This document shows, one piece after another, positions 39,233-51,329 of a DNA stretch of 64,000 nucleotides. This DNA comes from Thermodesulfobium acidiphilum (GTDB lineage: Bacteria; Thermodesulfobiota; Thermodesulfobiia; Thermodesulfobiales; Thermodesulfobiaceae): contig NZ_CP020921.1 in NCBI RefSeq assembly GCF_003057965.1, forward strand, positions 62,001 to 126,000. The letters are read 5' to 3'. The notes beneath the pieces were generated by a model, which was given only the letters and a program-made list of their open reading frames with translations, did no database searches and had not been told where the DNA came from. A program made the position numbers and the translations under genes. Positions within the stretch are counted from its first letter, which is position 1. The number at the start of each line of letters is the position of its first letter.

Positions 39233-39308
39233 TGGTGCCGAGGGCCGGAATCGAACCAGCGACACGAGGATTTTCAGTCCTCTGCTCTACCTACTGAGCT
39301 ACCTCGGC
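39233..39308 (-). tRNA. tRNA-Phe (GAA)
   Basis: GCCGAGGTAGCTCAG...CTGAAAA...GTTCGATTC...ACCA. Confidence 0.95.
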
Positions 39309-39451
39309 AAACCTTATATATTTATACATTATTTTAATTTAAAATGCAAGCCTTGACATAACGAGATGATATTACACTATTCACTTTTTGTAATTATTTA
39401 TATAAAATAAAGCCATTTACATACTTGAAGAAATGAGGAGAAAGAAACCTG

Positions 39452-42400
39452 ATGGGAAAGACTTTTGCAAATGGTTTGTACGAACCCTTTTATGAACACG
39501 ATGCATGCGGAATAGGTTTTATTGCCAACATCAAAGGTAAAAAATCTTTTCAGATTGTTCAGAGTGCTCTGGAAATATTGGTTAATCTGGATCACAGAGG
39601 GGCAAGAGGATGTGAAGAGAATACAGGTGATGGTGCGGGTCTACTAGCTCAAATTCCTCATAAATTTTTTAAGAAGATTTTTCCAAATCTTCCACAAGAG
39701 GGAGACTATGCAGTAGCTCAGATATTCTTTCCTGGAGATGAAGAAAAGATAAGGGTTCTCGAATCAAAGTTTGAAGAAATTGTTGAAGAAGAGGGCCTAA
39801 AGCTTATTTTTTGGAGAAGGCTTGAAACAGATAATTCAACATTGGGAAACGTTGCGAAACTTAAAGAACCAGTAGTAAAACAAGCATTTATTAAAAGATC
39901 TGATTTAATAAAAAGAGGCATTGATTTTGAAAGAAAGCTCTATCTTATTAGAAAAAGGGCTGAAAAAGAGATAAAGTATGCTGATGAAGACAATTTGCTT
40001 TTTTATATATGTAGCCTCTCTTCAAGAACAATAGTTTATAAAGGGATGCTTACGCCGCAACAGGTACCAGAGTATTATAAAGATCTTAGGGACCCTGACT
40101 TTGAAAGTGCAATTGCGGTGGTTCATTCAAGATTTTCCACGAATACCTTCCCTTCCTGGGAAAGGGCTCATCCATATAGATATATAATTCACAATGGCGA
40201 AATAAATACTCTTAGAGGGAATATAAACTGGATGAAGGCAAGAGAGAAGCTTTTTGCTTCTAAAGTCTTTCCTGAAATTACTAAATGTTTGCCTGTTATT
40301 AATGAAGACGGTTCTGATTCTCAGATGTTCGATAATTGTCTTGAAATGTTGTACCTGACGGGTAGAAGTTTGCCACATGCGGTTATGATGATGATACCGG
40401 AACCATGGCAAAACCACGAAAGTATGGATGAGAAAAAGAGAGCTTTTTACAAATATCACAGTTGTTTAATGGAACCATGGGATGGTCCTGCTTCAATAGT
40501 CTTTACAGATGGACTAATTGTAGGAGCTGTTTTAGATAGAAATGGTCTTAGACCATCAAGATATTATGTAATGGATGATGACACAATAGTACTTTCTTCA
40601 GAGGTTGGTGTGTGCGATATAGATCCTGAAAAAATTGTTCTCAAGGATAGGCTCAAACCCGGAAGAATGCTTTTAGTTGATACCGTTGAGGGTAGAATAA
40701 TCTCTGATGAAGAGCTAAAAAAGAGCATTTCCGAAGAGAAGCCGTATTCTTCATGGCTTGATAAATATATGATTGCCCTTGATGACTTAGTGATTAAAAA
40801 TACATCTCTCTCACAAAGTAATTCAAATTTATCCCTGACTCAATTGCAGCTTGCTTTCGGATATACATATGAGGATATAAAAAAGATAATTGAACCAATG
40901 GCACTTCAGGGAGTTGAACCTGTTGGGTCAATGGGTTATGATTCTCCACTTGCAGTGCTTTCTAATCAAGAACAATTGCTATATAACTATTTTAAACAAC
41001 TCTTTGCCCAGGTTACAAATCCGCCGCTAGACGGTATTAGAGAAGAGATAATAACGGCTTCCGAGATGCTTCTTGGAAGCGAAGGAAATCTTATCGAGCC
41101 AAGACCAGAAGATTGCAGACGTCTTTTGTTAAAAAATCCAATACTTACAAACACAGATATGCTGATGATAAAGTCTCTCGATCATGAGAACCTGAAATCT
41201 GAAACAGTTTCAATATTATTTAATCGAGATTCTGATCTAAAGACTTCTCTTGATAACCTTTTTGAAGTAGTAGACGTATTAATTGGAAAGGGAGTAAACG
41301 TTATAGTGCTTTCTGATAAAGGCGCCAGTTTTGATTTCGTCCCAATTCCTGCTCTTCTTGCTCTTTCAGGGCTGAATCATCATCTTATAAAAAAGGGCAC
41401 CAGAACGAAGGTTAGTATAGTTCTGGAGTCAGCAGAGCCAAGAGAAGTCCACCACTTTGCATGTTTAATTGGTTATGGGGCCAGTGCTATAAATCCCTAT
41501 CTTGTCTTTGACACGCTAAAAGATATGTGTGAAAGATCACTTTTAGAAATAGAATACGATTTAGCTGTAAAAAATTACGTAAAAGCAGCTTTGAAAGGTG
41601 TGATGAAGGTAGCCTCCAAAATGGGCATTTCAACTCTCCAAAGTTATATGGGCGCTCAGATATTCGAGTGCGTAGGAATTGGCAAGGAGGTGATCGATAA
41701 ATATTTTACAGGAACGCCGTCAAGAATTGGCGGAATAAATTTGGATATAATTAAACAAGAAACCCTATTAAGATACAACAAAGCCTTTTTACCAAACAAT
41801 CAGATACTACCCCCAGGAGGTATTTATCAGTATAGGGATGATGGTGAATACCACGCTTATAGGCCAGAAACTATATATCTTTTACAAAGGGCTGTTATAG
41901 AGGGCGATTATAAAAAATTTAAAGCCTTTACCGCCTCTTTACACGAAGGGTGCGGCGCTATTCAGAACTTGAGAGGACTTTTTAGATTCAAAAAACAAAA
42001 CAACTCAATACCTATTGATGAAGTTGAGAGCGTTGAATCCATTGTAAAGAGATTTAAAACTGGTGCTATGAGCTACGGTTCAATTTCAAAAGAAGCACAT
42101 GAGACACTTGCTATTGCTATGAATAGAATAGGTGGTAAGTCAAATACTGGAGAAGGCGGTGAGGATCCATCTAGGTATATTCCAGATGAAAACGGTGATT
42201 CAAGAAATAGTGCTATTAAACAAGTTGCATCAGCAAGATTTGGTGTTGATAGTTTGTATCTTGCAAATGCATCCGAAATTCAAATAAAAATGGCTCAAGG
42301 AGCAAAGCCTGGTGAAGGAGGGCAACTCCCTGGTCAGAAAGTTTATCCATGGGTAGCAAAAACAAGATATTCAACTCCTGGAGTAGGCCTTATTTCACCT

Positions 42401-44005
42401 CCCCCACACCACGACATATACTCTATCGAAGATCTGGCTGAGCTCATTCACGATCTCAAGAACGCCAATCGAAAGGCGAGGATCAACGTAAAACTTGTTT
42501 CTGAGGTGGGAGTTGGCACTATTGCTGCTGGAGTGTCTAAGGGAAAAGCAGATGTGGTGTTAATATCTGGATATGATGGTGGAACGGGTGCGTCTCCACG
42601 ATCCAGCATACGGCATGCAGGACTTCCCTGGGAGTTAGGGTTGTCTGAAACTCATCAAACGCTTGTTTTAAACAATTTAAGGGATAGAATAACCGTTGAG
42701 GTAGACGGGAAACTTATGTCTGGTAGAGATATTGCAATTGCAGCAATGCTGGGGGCTGAAGAATTTGGATTCGCTACCTTGCCACTTGTAGCGCTTGGAT
42801 GTGTGATGATGAGAGTTTGTAATCTTGATACATGTCCTGTAGGTATTGCAACCCAGAATCCAGAGTTAAGAAAGTATTTCAAGGGGAAGCCTGAATATGT
42901 AATTAATTTAATGTATTTTTTGGCAACAGAGCTTAGGGAAATTATGGCTCAAATGGGATTTAGAACTGTAAATGAGATGGTAGGAAGAACTGATTGTCTT
43001 GAGGTTATAGAAACCGATCACTGGAAAGCCAAAACGCTTTGTCTGGATCCAATTCTGGCAAAACCACCAGTTGGTCCTTTAGTTGGAAGATATTGTACTA
43101 AAAGACAGGATCATTCAATTGAAAAGTCCCTGGATTATAGAATATTGTTGGATAGATGTAAAAGAGCAATAGAAAATAAAGAACCAGTTGAAATTTCTCT
43201 ACCTATCAAGAATACCAATAGGGTGGTAGGGACAATTCTCGGTAGCGAAATAACTTCGAGATATGGTCTAAATGGCTTACCTCCAGATACTATAAAAATA
43301 AATTTTGTAGGTTCTGCCGGTCAAAGTTTTGGAGCATTTTTACCTAAAGGGATAACTCTTGTTCTTGAAGGCGATTCAAATGATTACATAGCAAAGGGTT
43401 TAAGTGGTGGCAAGATAATAGTTTATCCACCGAAGAATTCAAAATTTGTCGCTCATGAGAACATAATTATAGGGAATGTTGCGTTTTATGGAGCTACGTC
43501 AGGAGAGGGATATATAAGAGGAGTTGCGGGAGAAAGGTTCTGTGTGAGAAATTCAGGGGCAAACGTCGTTGTTGAGGGCGTAGGCGATCACGGTTGTGAA
43601 TATATGACTGGCGGTATTGTGATTTGCTTAGGAAAAACAGGAAGAAACTTTGCTGCCGGAATGACTGGTGGAATAGCTTATGTGTATGATATAGATGAGA
43701 GTTTTAAAGCAAAAATAAATATTAATACTGTTTACGTAGAATCTATAAAAGATTTGTCTGAAGAAGAAAAGGTTCGATCTATGATTGAAAAACACGAGCT
43801 GTATACAGATTCTTCTCTTGCCAGACAAATTCTGTCAAATTGGGAACAAAATAAGAAGAGGTTTGTAAAGATAATACCAAAAGATTATAAGAGGATGCTT
43901 CTTGCAATTGAGAAAGCTTATAATGCTGGCTTTAGTGGAGATGAAGCTTTGATGGAGGCTTTCTATGAAAATATCAAGGATATGTCAAGAATTTCTGGTA
44001 ACTAA
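39452..44005 (+). CDS. gltB: Glutamate synthase large subunit
   Basis: [33 protein letters not shown]. Confidence 0.97.
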   Translation: MGKTFANGLYEPFYEHDACGIGFIANIKGKKSFQIVQSALEILVNLDHRGARGCEENTGDGAGLLAQIPHKFFKKIFPNLPQEGDYAVAQIFFPGDEEKIRVLESKFEEIVEEEGLKLIFWRRLETDNSTLGNVAKLKEPVVKQAFIKRSDLIKRGIDFERKLYLIRKRAEKEIKYADEDNLLFYICSLSSRTIVYKGMLTPQQVPEYYKDLRDPDFESAIAVVHSRFSTNTFPSWERAHPYRYIIHNGEINTLRGNINWMKAREKLFASKVFPEITKCLPVINEDGSDSQMFDNCLEMLYLTGRSLPHAVMMMIPEPWQNHESMDEKKRAFYKYHSCLMEPWDGPASIVFTDGLIVGAVLDRNGLRPSRYYVMDDDTIVLSSEVGVCDIDPEKIVLKDRLKPGRMLLVDTVEGRIISDEELKKSISEEKPYSSWLDKYMIALDDLVIKNTSLSQSNSNLSLTQLQLAFGYTYEDIKKIIEPMALQGVEPVGSMGYDSPLAVLSNQEQLLYNYFKQLFAQVTNPPLDGIREEIITASEMLLGSEGNLIEPRPEDCRRLLLKNPILTNTDMLMIKSLDHENLKSETVSILFNRDSDLKTSLDNLFEVVDVLIGKGVNVIVLSDKGASFDFVPIPALLALSGLNHHLIKKGTRTKVSIVLESAEPREVHHFACLIGYGASAINPYLVFDTLKDMCERSLLEIEYDLAVKNYVKAALKGVMKVASKMGISTLQSYMGAQIFECVGIGKEVIDKYFTGTPSRIGGINLDIIKQETLLRYNKAFLPNNQILPPGGIYQYRDDGEYHAYRPETIYLLQRAVIEGDYKKFKAFTASLHEGCGAIQNLRGLFRFKKQNNSIPIDEVESVESIVKRFKTGAMSYGSISKEAHETLAIAMNRIGGKSNTGEGGEDPSRYIPDENGDSRNSAIKQVASARFGVDSLYLANASEIQIKMAQGAKPGEGGQLPGQKVYPWVAKTRYSTPGVGLISPPPHHDIYSIEDLAELIHDLKNANRKARINVKLVSEVGVGTIAAGVSKGKADVVLISGYDGGTGASPRSSIRHAGLPWELGLSETHQTLVLNNLRDRITVEVDGKLMSGRDIAIAAMLGAEEFGFATLPLVALGCVMMRVCNLDTCPVGIATQNPELRKYFKGKPEYVINLMYFLATELREIMAQMGFRTVNEMVGRTDCLEVIETDHWKAKTLCLDPILAKPPVGPLVGRYCTKRQDHSIEKSLDYRILLDRCKRAIENKEPVEISLPIKNTNRVVGTILGSEITSRYGLNGLPPDTIKINFVGSAGQSFGAFLPKGITLVLEGDSNDYIAKGLSGGKIIVYPPKNSKFVAHENIIIGNVAFYGATSGEGYIRGVAGERFCVRNSGANVVVEGVGDHGCEYMTGGIVICLGKTGRNFAAGMTGGIAYVYDIDESFKAKININTVYVESIKDLSEEEKVRSMIEKHELYTDSSLARQILSNWEQNKKRFVKIIPKDYKRMLLAIEKAYNAGFSGDEALMEAFYENIKDMSRISGN

Positions 44006-44025
44006 TCATTGTTTAGGAGGTATTT

Positions 44026-45498
44026 ATGGGCAAGATTGGCGCCTTTCTTGAACAAAAAAGAATAGCCCCTTCTGAAAGAGATCCTCTTGAGAGGATTAAA
44101 GATTTTAACGAGTTTAGGATACCTATGAGCGAAGAAGAAGTAATTATTCAGGCATCAAGGTGTATGGATTGTGGAATACCTTTTTGTCATTCAGGAGTCC
44201 TTCTTGGAGGAATGACTGCAGGATGCCCACTTCACAACCTTATTCCCGAGTTTAACGATCTAATTTATAAAAAGGCATGGGAAGAGGCATATAAAAGGCT
44301 AATTTTTACCAATAACTTTCCTGAATTTACCGGCAGAGTTTGTCCGGCTCCTTGTGAGGGTTCTTGTACAGAAGGTTTAAATTGGGAGAGCGTAACTATT
44401 AAGAATAACGAACTTTCTATCATAGAAAGGGCTTTTTCTGCGGGTTTTGTTAAGAAAAAGGTTATTAAAAGAACCGGTAAAAGAGTAGCTGTAGTTGGAT
44501 CGGGTCCATCTGGTCTGGCTTGTGCTGATACCTTAAACTCTTATGGTCACGAAGTTTCGGTCTTTGAAAGAGCAGATAGAGTTGGTGGACTTCTTATGTA
44601 TGGCATACCAAACATGAAGCTTGACAAAAAAATCGTAATGAGAAGGATCAGCTTAATGCAAGAAGAGGGCGTAAAATTTTTTACAAATGAAGAAATTGGT
44701 ATAGATATACATTTAAAAGACCTTGTAGAAGAGTTTGACGCTGTGGTTCTTTGTTGTGGTGCGACAAAGCCCAGAGATCTAAGAGTTCCCGGGAGAGAAC
44801 TAAACGGAATCTACTTTGCTGTGGATTTTTTGAGATCAAATACAAAATGTCTTTTGGATAACGATTATTCAACCTTAATATCTGCAAAGAACAAAAATGT
44901 AATTATAATAGGTGGTGGAGATACAGGCACAGATTGTGTGGCTACAGCTATCAGACATGGGTGTAAAGACGTTATACAAATAGAAATACTTCCTGAACCC
45001 CCAAAGATTAGATCTCAAAATAATCCATGGCCAGAGTGGCCAAAAGTTTTAAAAGTTGATTACGGACAAGAAGAAAGAATAGCTCTCTTTGGAAAAGACC
45101 CGAGAATTTATCTTACCACTGTTACGAGTTTTGAACCTAAAGAAGACGGCATTAATCTTGGCTGGGTTAACACAGTTAAAGTAAAATGGGAGAGAGATAA
45201 CAAAGGCAATTTTATACCAAAGCACATTGATGGTAGTGAAGAAAAGTTAAAAGCTGATATGGTCTTGATTGCTATGGGTTTTTTGGGTCCGGAGGATAAA
45301 GCTATTAAGGGGCTTTCTATTGAGCAAGATCATAGATCTAACGTCAAAGCACAGTTTGGTGATTTTAAAACAAACGTAAAAAAAGTGTTTGCAGCAGGGG
45401 ATATGAGAAGAGGCCAAAGCCTTGTTGTTTGGGCTATAGCAGAAGGAAGGGGTGCTGCCAGGAGCGTAAATGAGTTTTTAATGAGAGAAATAAAATAA
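44026..45498 (+). CDS. gltD: Glutamate synthase small subunit
   Basis: RCMDCGIPFC, GRVCPAPCE, GDMRRGQSLVVWAI. Confidence 0.96.
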   Translation: MGKIGAFLEQKRIAPSERDPLERIKDFNEFRIPMSEEEVIIQASRCMDCGIPFCHSGVLLGGMTAGCPLHNLIPEFNDLIYKKAWEEAYKRLIFTNNFPEFTGRVCPAPCEGSCTEGLNWESVTIKNNELSIIERAFSAGFVKKKVIKRTGKRVAVVGSGPSGLACADTLNSYGHEVSVFERADRVGGLLMYGIPNMKLDKKIVMRRISLMQEEGVKFFTNEEIGIDIHLKDLVEEFDAVVLCCGATKPRDLRVPGRELNGIYFAVDFLRSNTKCLLDNDYSTLISAKNKNVIIIGGGDTGTDCVATAIRHGCKDVIQIEILPEPPKIRSQNNPWPEWPKVLKVDYGQEERIALFGKDPRIYLTTVTSFEPKEDGINLGWVNTVKVKWERDNKGNFIPKHIDGSEEKLKADMVLIAMGFLGPEDKAIKGLSIEQDHRSNVKAQFGDFKTNVKKVFAAGDMRRGQSLVVWAIAEGRGAARSVNEFLMREIK

Positions 45499-45597
45499 TT
45501 GGTTTTTGTAGATTTTTGTTAAATTTAAAATAATATAGTTTAATATAATATTATTATCACTAATAATTTTGAAAACTAAAAAATAGGGAGTGTAGAT

Positions 45598-46167
45598 ATG
45601 GCTGAAATTTCAATGAATGACTTAAAAAATTCTACAAACATTTTAATTGACGGAGCTGTGTATCAGGTTGTTTACTTTCAACATGCTAGAAAAGCACAAG
45701 GTGCTGCATATGTCAGAACAAAGCTAAAGAATCTAAAGACTGGAGCTGTCCTTGAAAAGACCTTTAGATCTGAAGACAAGATAATAGAAGCAGATGTCGA
45801 GAGAAGACCATTTCAATTTCTTTACAAGTCGGGTGATACGTACCACTTTATGGATTTAAATAATTATGAGCAGTGGGAGTTGAACAAAGACATTTTGGGA
45901 GATGCTGTAAACTATCTTAAAGAAGAGCAAAGCGTTGACGCAATAGTTTATAATGGCATGCTTTTAAATATTGAACTTCCGACTACTGTTGATCTGGAAG
46001 TGGTTGAGACCGAGCCGGGAGTAAGAGGCGATACCGCACAAGGTGGTTCAAAGCCTGCTACCCTTGAGACTGGAGCAGTGATAAGTGTGCCTTTGTTTAT
46101 TAACGTGGGAGATGTGGTAAGAGTGGATACCCGAACAAATCTTTATATTGAAAGGGTAAAATCATGA
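45598..46167 (+). CDS. efp: Elongation factor P (atypical loop)
   Basis: [18 protein letters not shown] and VPLFI..G..V.VDTR motifs; efp-accB-accC-nusB synteny. Confidence 0.95.
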   Translation: MAEISMNDLKNSTNILIDGAVYQVVYFQHARKAQGAAYVRTKLKNLKTGAVLEKTFRSEDKIIEADVERRPFQFLYKSGDTYHFMDLNNYEQWELNKDILGDAVNYLKEEQSVDAIVYNGMLLNIELPTTVDLEVVETEPGVRGDTAQGGSKPATLETGAVISVPLFINVGDVVRVDTRTNLYIERVKS

Positions 46168-46619
46168 TTAACTTTGATCTTGAGGAAATAAAAGAGCTAA
46201 TAAAGGCTATGCAGGAAAACTCGATTACTGAGCTTTGTTTAGAATCCGAAGGCATAAAATTAAATCTTAAAAGAGAAGGCAGTCATAAAGTCGTAGCTGA
46301 TACTGGCGCTCCTAATTTCTCTACTTCTGATGAAATCAAAAAAGATAGCCTGGAGCAAAATTCTAAATCTCGATCAGATGGAGTTTTTATAAAATCTCCG
46401 ATGGTTGGCACATTTTATAGATCCCCTTCACCTAACTCCCCCCCTTTTGTAGAGGTTGGAGACTACGTAAAAAAAGGTCAGGTTGTATGTATTATTGAGG
46501 CAATGAAACTTATGAACGAAATAGAATCTGAAGTAGAGGGAGTTATAAAGGAAATACTCGTAGAAAATGCTATGCCTGTTGAATTTGGCCAGCCTTTGAT
46601 GGTTGTTGAACCGCAATAA
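46164..46619 (+). CDS. accB: Acetyl-CoA carboxylase biotin carboxyl carrier protein
   Basis: SPMVGTFY and EAMKLMNEI motifs. Confidence 0.95.
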   Translation: MINFDLEEIKELIKAMQENSITELCLESEGIKLNLKREGSHKVVADTGAPNFSTSDEIKKDSLEQNSKSRSDGVFIKSPMVGTFYRSPSPNSPPFVEVGDYVKKGQVVCIIEAMKLMNEIESEVEGVIKEILVENAMPVEFGQPLMVVEPQ

Positions 46620-46659
46620 AATTATTTAATTCTTTATTTGATATTTTAGAGGTGAATCA

Positions 46660-46719
46660 ATGTTTGAACTAAGGTTGCTATTTGTAAAATTTACTTATTT
46701 TAATTATTTTGCTTTATGA
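46660..46719 (+). CDS. 19-aa uORF coupled to accC (not in ORF track)
   Basis: SD AGAGGTGA; MFELRLLFVKFTYFNYFAL; stop overlaps the accC start as ATGA. Confidence 0.5.
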   Translation: MFELRLLFVKFTYFNYFAL

Positions 46720-48059
46720 AAAGAATACTGATCGCGAACAGGGGAGAAATTGCCCTAAGAATTATTAGAGCTTTGAGGGAATACGGGTACTTTTCTGTCT
46801 TAGCTTATTCTGAGGTTGATAAAGAAAGCCTTGCAGTAAAACTGGCAGACGCAAGCATATGCATAGGGCCTGCAAGTGCAAAGGGAAGTTACTTAAATAT
46901 ACCGGCTATAGTCTCTGCGGTTGAGGTTACTGGCTGCGATGCTGTGCATCCAGGCTATGGGTTTCTTGCTGAATCTCCTCAATTTGCAAGGGTTTGTAGG
47001 GATGCTGGGATTACCTTTATAGGACCATCTCCTGAGGCTATGGAAAAGGTTGGAGATAAGTCTGTTGCAAGATCTGTGGCTATGAGTGCTGGAGTTCCAG
47101 TAGTTCCTGGTTCAACTGGATTTGTTTCCTCAAAAGAAGATCTATTTAGACTTGCAAAAGAGATAGGATTCCCGCTAATATTAAAAGCTGCGGCAGGAGG
47201 TGGTGGAAAAGGTATGAGAATAGTCCAGAGTTTTAAAGAACTGGAAGATTCCTTTGAAACTGCCTCAAATGAAGCCAAAACAGCATTTGGAAACAGTAAT
47301 TTATATCTTGAAAAGTATGTTTCAGAGCCAAGACATATAGAGATTCAATTTGTAAGGGACAAATTTGGCAACTGTGTCTCTCTTTTTGAAAGGGAGTGTT
47401 CAATCCAGAGAAAACACCAAAAGCTTCTTGAAGAGAGTCCCTCATGTATTATCAGCCCAAAATTGAGAAAAGATTTAAGTGAGGCTGCTCTTGCTATTGC
47501 CAACCAGGTAGGCTATGTGGGAGTGGGTACAGCAGAATTTTTGGTTACTCCTGAAGAGATGTTTTATTTTATTGAAATTAATGCAAGGATACAAGTTGAA
47601 CACCCTTTAACAGAGATGGTAACTGGCATCGATCTGGTAGAATTACAGCTCTTGATTGCTGAAGATAGACCAATTCCATTTTCTCAGGCCGACGTAAAGA
47701 TTATCGGACATGCTATAGAGTGTAGAATTAATGCAGAGGATCCTCGTAATAACTTTTGTCCATCTCCGGGGAAGGTTACTCAATTTATTCCTCCAGGTGG
47801 CCCTGGCATAAGGTGCGATACGCATCTTTATTCGGGATTTGAGATCGTTCCTTACTATGATTCGCTCATCGCAAAGGTTATCGCATACGCTCCTACCAGA
47901 GAGAAGGCCATAAACAGGATGGAAAGGGCGTTATATGAGATGACAATAGAGGGAATTTCAACTACCATAGACTTTCACAAAGAAGTCTTGAAGAATGCCT
48001 TTTTTATAAAGGGAGATTATTATACGAATTTCGTTCAAAGAAGAATGGGCATAAAGTGA
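46716..48059 (+). CDS. accC: Biotin carboxylase
   Basis: ANRGEIA, HPGYGFLAE, GGGGKGMR, RECSIQR. Confidence 0.96.
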   Translation: MKRILIANRGEIALRIIRALREYGYFSVLAYSEVDKESLAVKLADASICIGPASAKGSYLNIPAIVSAVEVTGCDAVHPGYGFLAESPQFARVCRDAGITFIGPSPEAMEKVGDKSVARSVAMSAGVPVVPGSTGFVSSKEDLFRLAKEIGFPLILKAAAGGGGKGMRIVQSFKELEDSFETASNEAKTAFGNSNLYLEKYVSEPRHIEIQFVRDKFGNCVSLFERECSIQRKHQKLLEESPSCIISPKLRKDLSEAALAIANQVGYVGVGTAEFLVTPEEMFYFIEINARIQVEHPLTEMVTGIDLVELQLLIAEDRPIPFSQADVKIIGHAIECRINAEDPRNNFCPSPGKVTQFIPPGGPGIRCDTHLYSGFEIVPYYDSLIAKVIAYAPTREKAINRMERALYEMTIEGISTTIDFHKEVLKNAFFIKGDYYTNFVQRRMGIK

Positions 48060-48460
48060 AAAAATCCTTAAGATATTTAAGAGAGATAGTTTTAAAGATT
48101 TTATATGAACTTGAGATAAACAGTCAAAGTACGATTGGCTCTCTTATGCAAAGGTATGGCGAACACATTCAACAAGAAGACTTTGAGTTTATAAGGATAA
48201 GAGCTGAGGGAATAATTGAAAATAAAGAAGCTATTGATAAATTATTAGACGAATTGTCTGTTGATTGGCCAACGGAAAGGATGGTTGTAACCGACAGACT
48301 TATTATGGAAATTGCAGTTTTTGAAATAAATTTTTTAAAATTATCTCCTTCGATTGCGATTAATGAAGCTGTAGAACTCTCAAAACTTTATGGAACTGAG
48401 AAATCATATAAGTTTGTAAACGCTATACTATCTAAAGTAGCAAGCATTAGCAAGCCTTAG
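48056..48460 (+). CDS. nusB: Transcription antitermination factor NusB
   Basis: AINEAVELSKLYG...FVNAIL. Confidence 0.9.
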   Translation: MKKSLRYLREIVLKILYELEINSQSTIGSLMQRYGEHIQQEDFEFIRIRAEGIIENKEAIDKLLDELSVDWPTERMVVTDRLIMEIAVFEINFLKLSPSIAINEAVELSKLYGTEKSYKFVNAILSKVASISKP

Positions 48461-48520
48461 AATTTTAGTTTAGCCTATATTTAATTTTTTGTGATTTACA
48501 ATAATTATGAGGAGGACCTT

Positions 48521-49282
48521 ATGCTCTCAAAGAGAATTATACCCTGTCTTGACGTGAAGGGTGGGAGAGTTGTAAAAGGGATAAGTTTTATAAATCTAAG
48601 AGATGCTGGCGATCCCGTACTTCTTGCAAGAACTTATGATAGAGAAGGGGCCGATGAGCTGGTTTTTTTAGACATTACAGCTTCAAAAGAAAAAAGGGAC
48701 ATAATGTTAAAAGTTGTCCAGGACGTAGCAAAGGAAGTCTTTATTCCCTTTACCGTTGGCGGTGGCATAAAGTCTCTTAAAGATATGGAAGAACTTCTTA
48801 TGGCTGGTGCCGATAAAGTCTCGATAAATACTTCAGCTGTTTTTGATCCTGAGCTCATAACAAAAGGCGCTACTACGTTTGGAAGGCAGTTCATGGTGGT
48901 GGCTATAGATGCAAAAAGGGACAACAACTCGTTTAGAGTTTTTACGCACGGTGGTTCAAGGCCTACAGATCTTGATGCTGTTGAATGGGCAAAAGAAGTG
49001 GAAGATAGAGGCGCGGGGGAAATATTGCTAACCAGTATGGATCAGGATGGAAGAAAAACTGGTTATGATATTGAACTTACAAAAAGGATATCTGAAGCTG
49101 TAAATATTCCTGTTATAGCTTCTGGCGGAGCGGGCACAATTGAACACGTAATAGACGTTTTCAAAAAAACCAGGGCTTCGGCAGCGCTTCTTGCCAGTGT
49201 TCTGCATTTTGGTGAGATTAGAATTAAAGATATAAAGATAGCTATGCAAAAAGAAAAAATACCGGTAAGGTTAGACTGGTAA
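48521..49282 (+). CDS. hisF: Imidazole glycerol phosphate synthase cyclase subunit
   Basis: [29 protein letters not shown] 48521 after GAGGAGG. Confidence 0.95.
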   Translation: MLSKRIIPCLDVKGGRVVKGISFINLRDAGDPVLLARTYDREGADELVFLDITASKEKRDIMLKVVQDVAKEVFIPFTVGGGIKSLKDMEELLMAGADKVSINTSAVFDPELITKGATTFGRQFMVVAIDAKRDNNSFRVFTHGGSRPTDLDAVEWAKEVEDRGAGEILLTSMDQDGRKTGYDIELTKRISEAVNIPVIASGGAGTIEHVIDVFKKTRASAALLASVLHFGEIRIKDIKIAMQKEKIPVRLDW

Positions 49283-49293
49283 GGGAGGCATTT

Positions 49294-50586
49294 ATGGAAC
49301 TTAATAGATATGCTCAGAGAGAGATGAAGGCTATATTCTCTGAAGAAAATAAGATTAACCTGTGGCTAGATATTGAAATGGCGGTTTTAAAGGCATGGGA
49401 AACAGAAGGAGTTATTCCTGAAGGTACGTACAAAGCCATTCGCTCAAATGCAAAAGTGGATATTAAAAGAATAAAAGAGATAGAAAGCGTTGTTCATCAC
49501 GAAATTATTGCATTCCTCACCGTCCTTGCAGAAAATGTTGGTGAAAAAAGTAGATTTATTCATCTTGGGCTTACATCTTCTGATATTCTTGACACTGCAA
49601 CTAGCTTGCAGATAAAAGAGGCAAACAACCTTATCTATCAAGAGTTAGAGAAACTGGAATCTGTTTTGAAAGATCTGGTTATAAAGACCAAAGATATTTT
49701 ATGTGTGGGCAGAACTCATGGAGTTCACGCTGAACCCATTACCTTTGGATTCAAACTTGCCGGTTATTTACTTGAACTGAAAAGAAATAAAGAAAGGCTT
49801 CAAAATGTTTCAAAAGAGGCCGCAGTGGGGAAGATTTCTGGTGCAGTAGGAACTTATGCTCACCTTAACCCAAATATAGAGCGACTAACCCTTGAACAAC
49901 TTGGACTCAGACCCCTGGAAGTATCCACTCAGATAATACCAAGGGATATATTCGCAAACGTATTTTCTGCATGGGCATTGATTGGAGCATTTATAGAAAG
50001 ACTTGCCCTTGAAATCAGACATTTGCAGAAAACTGAAGTATTAGAGATGGAAGAGCCTTTTTATGAAGGCCAAAAGGGTTCTTCTGCTATGCCTCACAAG
50101 AGAAATCCAATACTTTGTGAGAGACTTGACGGGATGTCAAGAATACTTAGAGGCAACCTTATAGTATCTCTTGAAAATACTGCACTCTGGCATGAGAGAG
50201 ATATATCTCACTCCTCTGTGGAAAGGATGATCATACCAGAAAGCGCTATATTGACTCATTATATGATTAAGACTATGATTAAAATTCTAACTGATTGTAA
50301 AATATATCCAGACAATATGATGGAAAACCTTAACTTTAGAGGCAAGCTTATATGTTCTCAAAGGCTCCTTCTCGAACTTGTAAGAAAGAATATGTTAAGA
50401 GAACAGGCATACAAAATAGTTCAGGCGCTTGCAATGAAGGCGTTTAACGAAAAGATGAATTTTGAACAAATAGTTAGAAGCGATCCAGAAATAAAATCAT
50501 ATTTAAGCGAAGAAGAACTAAATGGTGTATTCGATTACAAATATTTTGTCCGTTATGTAGACGAAATAGTTTCAAGAGTAATATAA
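49294..50586 (+). CDS. purB: Adenylosuccinate lyase
   Basis: GRTHGVHAEP and GSSAMPHKRNP motifs. Confidence 0.96.
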   Translation: MELNRYAQREMKAIFSEENKINLWLDIEMAVLKAWETEGVIPEGTYKAIRSNAKVDIKRIKEIESVVHHEIIAFLTVLAENVGEKSRFIHLGLTSSDILDTATSLQIKEANNLIYQELEKLESVLKDLVIKTKDILCVGRTHGVHAEPITFGFKLAGYLLELKRNKERLQNVSKEAAVGKISGAVGTYAHLNPNIERLTLEQLGLRPLEVSTQIIPRDIFANVFSAWALIGAFIERLALEIRHLQKTEVLEMEEPFYEGQKGSSAMPHKRNPILCERLDGMSRILRGNLIVSLENTALWHERDISHSSVERMIIPESAILTHYMIKTMIKILTDCKIYPDNMMENLNFRGKLICSQRLLLELVRKNMLREQAYKIVQALAMKAFNEKMNFEQIVRSDPEIKSYLSEEELNGVFDYKYFVRYVDEIVSRVI

Positions 50587-50611
50587 CTAAACTCTTAAGG
50601 GAGATGATTTT

Positions 50612-51307
50612 GTGGAACTTTTGTATGAAGGAAAGGGAAAGCAAGTATTTTTGACAGAAGACCCTGATCTGGTTGTTTTTCGATTCAAGGATGAAGCGAC
50701 GGCATTTGATGGAGTGAAAAAAGAATCCTTTGGCGGCAAAGGAGAGATATGTGCAACTATTACAGAAATTCTAATGAATCTTCTTGAAAAGGGTGGCGTA
50801 AAGACACACTTTGTAAAGAGAATCTCCCAAAATGAAATGTTGGTCAAAAGGTGCACAATGCTGCCTATAGAAGTAGTAGTACGTAACTATTCTGCCGGTT
50901 CGATTGCAAAGAATCTTGGACTTAAGGAAGGCATAAAATTTCCGTTCCCTATTAAAGACCTTTTTTACAAAAGTGATGAGCTTCACGATCCTATGCTAAA
51001 CGACGATAGAGCAGTTGCGCTTGGATTCTTAACCTTTGATGATCTTGACGTGCTGTACAAGAATGCACTCAAGGTGAATGAAATTCTTTCTAACTTTCTT
51101 TTAGAAAAAGGAATTATACTTGCCGACTTCAAGCTTGAGTTCGGAAAGTTTAAGGATTCAATATTATTGGCTGACGAGATTACTCCTGATTCGATGAGAC
51201 TATGGGATAAGGATACTCTTGAGCCTTTTGACAAAGATAGGTTCAGATTTGATTTAGGTGATTTGCTTGCTGGCTATAGGCTATTTTTAGAAAAGATAAC
51301 CAGCTAA
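50612..51307 (+). CDS. purC: SAICAR synthetase
   Basis: YEGKGK, DFKLEFG, LADEITPDSMRLWD. Confidence 0.96.
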   Translation: MELLYEGKGKQVFLTEDPDLVVFRFKDEATAFDGVKKESFGGKGEICATITEILMNLLEKGGVKTHFVKRISQNEMLVKRCTMLPIEVVVRNYSAGSIAKNLGLKEGIKFPFPIKDLFYKSDELHDPMLNDDRAVALGFLTFDDLDVLYKNALKVNEILSNFLLEKGIILADFKLEFGKFKDSILLADEITPDSMRLWDKDTLEPFDKDRFRFDLGDLLAGYRLFLEKITS

Positions 51308-51329
51308 GTTTTAAAAATAGTTTAAGGCT

